DNA from: Moniliella sp. 'wahieum'
Taxonomy: Eukaryota
DNA: 64,000 bases
Reading direction: 5' to 3'
NCBI GenBank assembly: GCA_003971905.1
Contig: RSEE01000034.1
Location: 310,001 to 374,000, forward strand
Position numbers and translations under genes: made by a program
Part shown: piece after piece, positions 63,585 to 64,000 of the stretch
Layout: each line of letters starts with the position of its first letter
Position numbering within the stretch: position 1 is the first letter of the stretch
The notes under the pieces: generated by a model
The model's database searches: none
Seen by the model: only the letters and a program-made list of their open reading frames with translations
What the model was told of the DNA's origin: nothing

Positions 63585-64000
63585 GGCATGCCTTCCTCTT
63601 TCCCTTTTCCCGTCCTCTTCCCGTTCTCCTTCTCCACCCCCCCCCCTTCACGCTTCACTCTGCTTTCCCTTTCTGTTTTGTCTCGTCTTTGGCCCTTGTG
63701 TTTTCCTTGGCCCTGGCCCTTGCTTTCTGCCTTGGCTTTTATTTGTTTACCGTCCAGCCACCGTCCCAGGCCTCAGCGTCCTCCGGTCTCGATGTCCAGT
63801 CCACTTGGTCCCCCGCCTATCCTCGCTGTCGCGCTTCTTTTTGAACCCGCTTATTGCAAGTTGTTCCAGCGCACGCGCTGGGCGTAGCTTGTACACGTTA
63901 TGGCATTCAATTATTGTATACTTGGTGCAACTGCCGGTGTGAGATGCAGACTGGGCCACGATGCGTTACCCTGTCCGTTCACCCCATTCACTCCGTCTCG

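Overview
GC-rich, intron-containing eukaryotic DNA, most consistent with a basidiomycete fungus (GTACGT/GTAAGT donors, CTRAC/CTAAY branch sites, YAG acceptors). About 20 protein-coding loci are supported, mostly housekeeping: Nnf1-like, ER DnaJ (Scj1-like), ADK1, PRP6 and PRP3 head-to-head, an MDR/GroES-domain protein, an RRM protein, ACR3, an alpha/beta hydrolase, RPL36, SGF11, a divergent Ykt6-like longin protein, a SAM methyltransferase, PFK, SIS1, PGK1, an Mks1-like DUF1752 protein and a CENP-B-type HTH protein. Many conserved genes carry 1-2 nt indels, which probably reflects unpolished consensus. Features not evident from the ORF track: (1) a near-perfect ~2 kb spacerless palindrome (17195-19177) whose outer 240 bp look like LTRs, one ending 60 nt before the ACR3 ATG; (2) a pervasive intergenic 7-nt-period pattern of A..T palindromic hexamers plus one base that keeps register while the hexamer changes; (3) a 242 bp non-autonomous Helitron-like element; (4) a hidden Zn2Cys6 transcription-factor relic with TGA at the first Cys; (5) a Ykt6-like protein that keeps longin domain and CaaX but appears to lack the SNARE coil; (6) about 12 acidic-Trp repeats in the Mks1-like protein. 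All calls are by eye, without database searches.
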